DNA from: Azolla caroliniana
Lineage: Eukaryota; Plantae; Polypodiophyta
DNA length: 64,000 bases
NCBI GenBank assembly: GCA_043228905.1
Contig: JBHGNT010000010.1
Coordinates: forward strand, 16,678,001 to 16,742,000
Direction of reading: 5' to 3'
Both the position numbers and the translations under genes were made by a program. The first letter of the stretch is position 1; the number at the start of each line of letters is the position of its first letter. This document shows positions 61,595-64,000 of the stretch, piece after piece. The notes beneath the pieces are model-generated. The model ran no database searches. It saw only the letters and a list, made by a program, of their open reading frames with translations, and was not told where the DNA came from.

Positions 61595-62998
61595 CTCAAA
61601 CGGCTCTCAAAACCCTATCTTTGTGTGAAAAACATGCAAGCCATTGAATTGGATTTATTTTCTCCACGTGAGTCTATTGCAAGTTGCTTGAAATAATTTT
61701 CATTAGAGGGAAAAATCAGGTGTTATTTCCAAGGAAATCAATGGATTCCTCTGAGCCCGTAATCTCAAAAAAAAACCCGAAAACGACCTCATACAAGGCA
61801 TAGAATCAAATCTATAGCCTTTCGGGGAGCTATTTTTGTTCATAGATAGAGCAATTCAAAACAAAGTAACCAATGACTGATCAGAGACAAAACAACAAAC
61901 AAATACCTGTGAAGTTTAGTTGATACCCAAAGCATTGATTTGCAGAGAATAGGTTTAATCAATCCATGTGATGAATAATCATTTAGAAAAGGGCATTCTT
62001 CAATTTATGGTATATTACAAAACCTACCCCTGGCACTCTGGAATTATCCACATTATACCTCAAGAACAGGGGTAGTATTAATATTTCTGAAACCAAGAGG
62101 CACATGATTGATAATTTTCTCTTACAGAAGGGGGTGTTTCTTATATATATATATCAGTGTTTGTCAATGTGAGTGTCACTTGATATGGTGACTGCCCAAA
62201 GGCTGGAATCCTTGACCTTCATTAGTTCAAACACCTTGAATTCATCTTTGATATTAATCAATGGGCATTACTGCAACATGTGGTCAACCTACTGACATGC
62301 CATCAACTCATTACATATTGTCCGTTTATGTGCAACCTTGCTTACACTTTCTCACTCATATGTTGTAAATATTGCCAGATGATTTAACATAAAGAATTAA
62401 CATAGAAAATGTATGTACTAGAGTAGATCCCATTTTGTCAATGACCTTTAATATAAATTTTAAGTTTCGTACAAGCTACCAAGACAATGGAGATGATCAC
62501 AAGACATCCTTAATTCACGTTATTGTTACTTCCCTATGGGCCATGCATCCCAACCCAAGCTTGCAATAAGAGTGGGAGATTCTTGCTTGACACCAGTGTT
62601 GTCGTGATGTGGCATGGCCAAAGGTAGAAAATGGGAAAAGGAAGAGCGGAAGCGTGTGGAGAAAAAGGGGAGAAATGTGAAAGAGGGAAGAGAAAAGGGG
62701 TGTGCTAGTACATGTTAAATCGTGAGTGCATAATAAATGGCGGTGCACAATATTTTATTCTCCTTTCAGTTCATGTAATAGCAGCAAGCATCTGAGACAC
62801 CCACATTTTGGGTTGCTAGTTGGTGGGTGTTTTTTCACTCTTCTTTTGTGTTTTGAGCACTATGCTTCTTCTTCTGCGTCCAACACTTTTAGCGAGCTCG
62901 TACATCAGTAGGGTAAATGGAGAACATATTGGCCAAACTTTTCAACCACACTCTCAACGACATGTTGAGCTGCATCTCAATTAGTTAGTTTCCTAGTT

Positions 62999-63116
62999 GA
63001 TGCCCCAATGCCCCATTTTCACATCAAGGAGGATGTTACTAAGTTATATCAAAGTCACGATGCCCCAATGCCCCATTTTCACATCAAGGAGGATGTTACT
63101 AAGTTATATCAAAGTG
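62999..63116. repeat. 60-bp tandem duplication
   Basis: gatgccccaatgcccc...ttatatcaaagt at 62999 and 63059. Confidence 0.95.
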
Positions 63117-64000
63117 ACTGTATAGATCAGCACAAGGGGATGGGCTCTAACATGTATTGGTAAGTATGGACTACTTGTTTGAAGGGCTACATATGTAATA
63201 TGATGTCTTGAAAGTTGGTGTTGTGGAGAAAACTTATCATTGGTGAATCTTCACATTTTCATTTTCGAAACCATTTCTTCATCTTGCATTCTTCTAAACT
63301 CAAGTCTTGTTATTAGAACTGACTTTGCTACATATAATCCATCAAAACATAATTAGTGGTCACGTGTACACAAGAAGTCCATATGGTTGCACCATATATG
63401 AAAGCAAGAATGACCACGGTGTAAAACAGCCATACTTCTAACACTAGGCTCCCTATAATTGTATTTGGTGGCATTGTTGTTCTACCATGGTGGAGAGAGA
63501 GAGAGAGAGATCTATTTACAAAATAATGAGGTCTAATTGTACTTTTAACCACATCCAAAGGAACAAGATAAATTGCATTGTCTCGACACTTCAAACAGAA
63601 CACCTAAACTTCTTCTTGATAAGACCATTTTTACAATTTCATCAAAATAATCGCCAGTTTCAACTTTTTCAACCCACATCTACATCATGTAAATAAATTA
63701 GAAGGCTTTTAAATTGAATGATTCTGAATCCTGATAATTATCAATCTACACTAACAAATGAAGAGGGGATTGTGTACAGTTTTATACATTTCTATTCAAC
63801 TTACTGAATGAGGAACTTTTTCCCCAAAATTGTATCAATGAATGAATAAAATATGGATACAATCATTGAAGACTGCTAATTTTTACAGAACATCAAAAGA
63901 ATCTTCATCATCCCACTCTATGGAGATCTGTTGAGTTGCACTGAGTAGATCAGTGAGGCCAGTAAGGTCTTCCAAATAAGTTGGATTATTGAAAACACGC

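Overview
Eukaryotic nuclear DNA from a land plant. The PPR style, Tx1-like LINEs and copia/gypsy types suggest a fern, which is an inference. Four protein-coding genes can be supported, all on the minus strand: an intronless S40/DUF584 senescence regulator (17779-18402), a 13-exon RS-domain cyclophilin of the CYP63/CYP95 type (33797-40227), the 10-exon plastid ABC ATPase TGD3 (50808-55999) and an intronless PLS-E PPR protein (59258-61594). Much of the rest is transposon-derived. Positions 1-11.1 kb are a nested LTR cluster: a decayed copia is interrupted by a copia-type LTR, which carries both a young intact Tnt1-like copia (1179-6692, near-identical LTRs, ATGAG TSD) and a tRNA-Trp-primed gypsy-like element. 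The window also holds a full-length decayed Tx1/L1-like LINE inside a (CT)n tract (24276-30591), a decayed Galadriel-type chromovirus (about 43590-49219), hAT-type MITEs, solo LTRs and several tandem repeats. The most notable signals are: (1) a TGTCG...CGACA LTR family with tRNA-Trp priming, a 4-bp TSD and repeated insertion at AC(G/A)(T/C); (2) a LINE family that appears to target (GA)n/(CT)n microsatellites; (3) a precise 149-bp inversion of a retroelement chromodomain; (4) an unusual excess of AAG/GAG splice acceptors in TGD3. All coordinates and alignments were read by eye.
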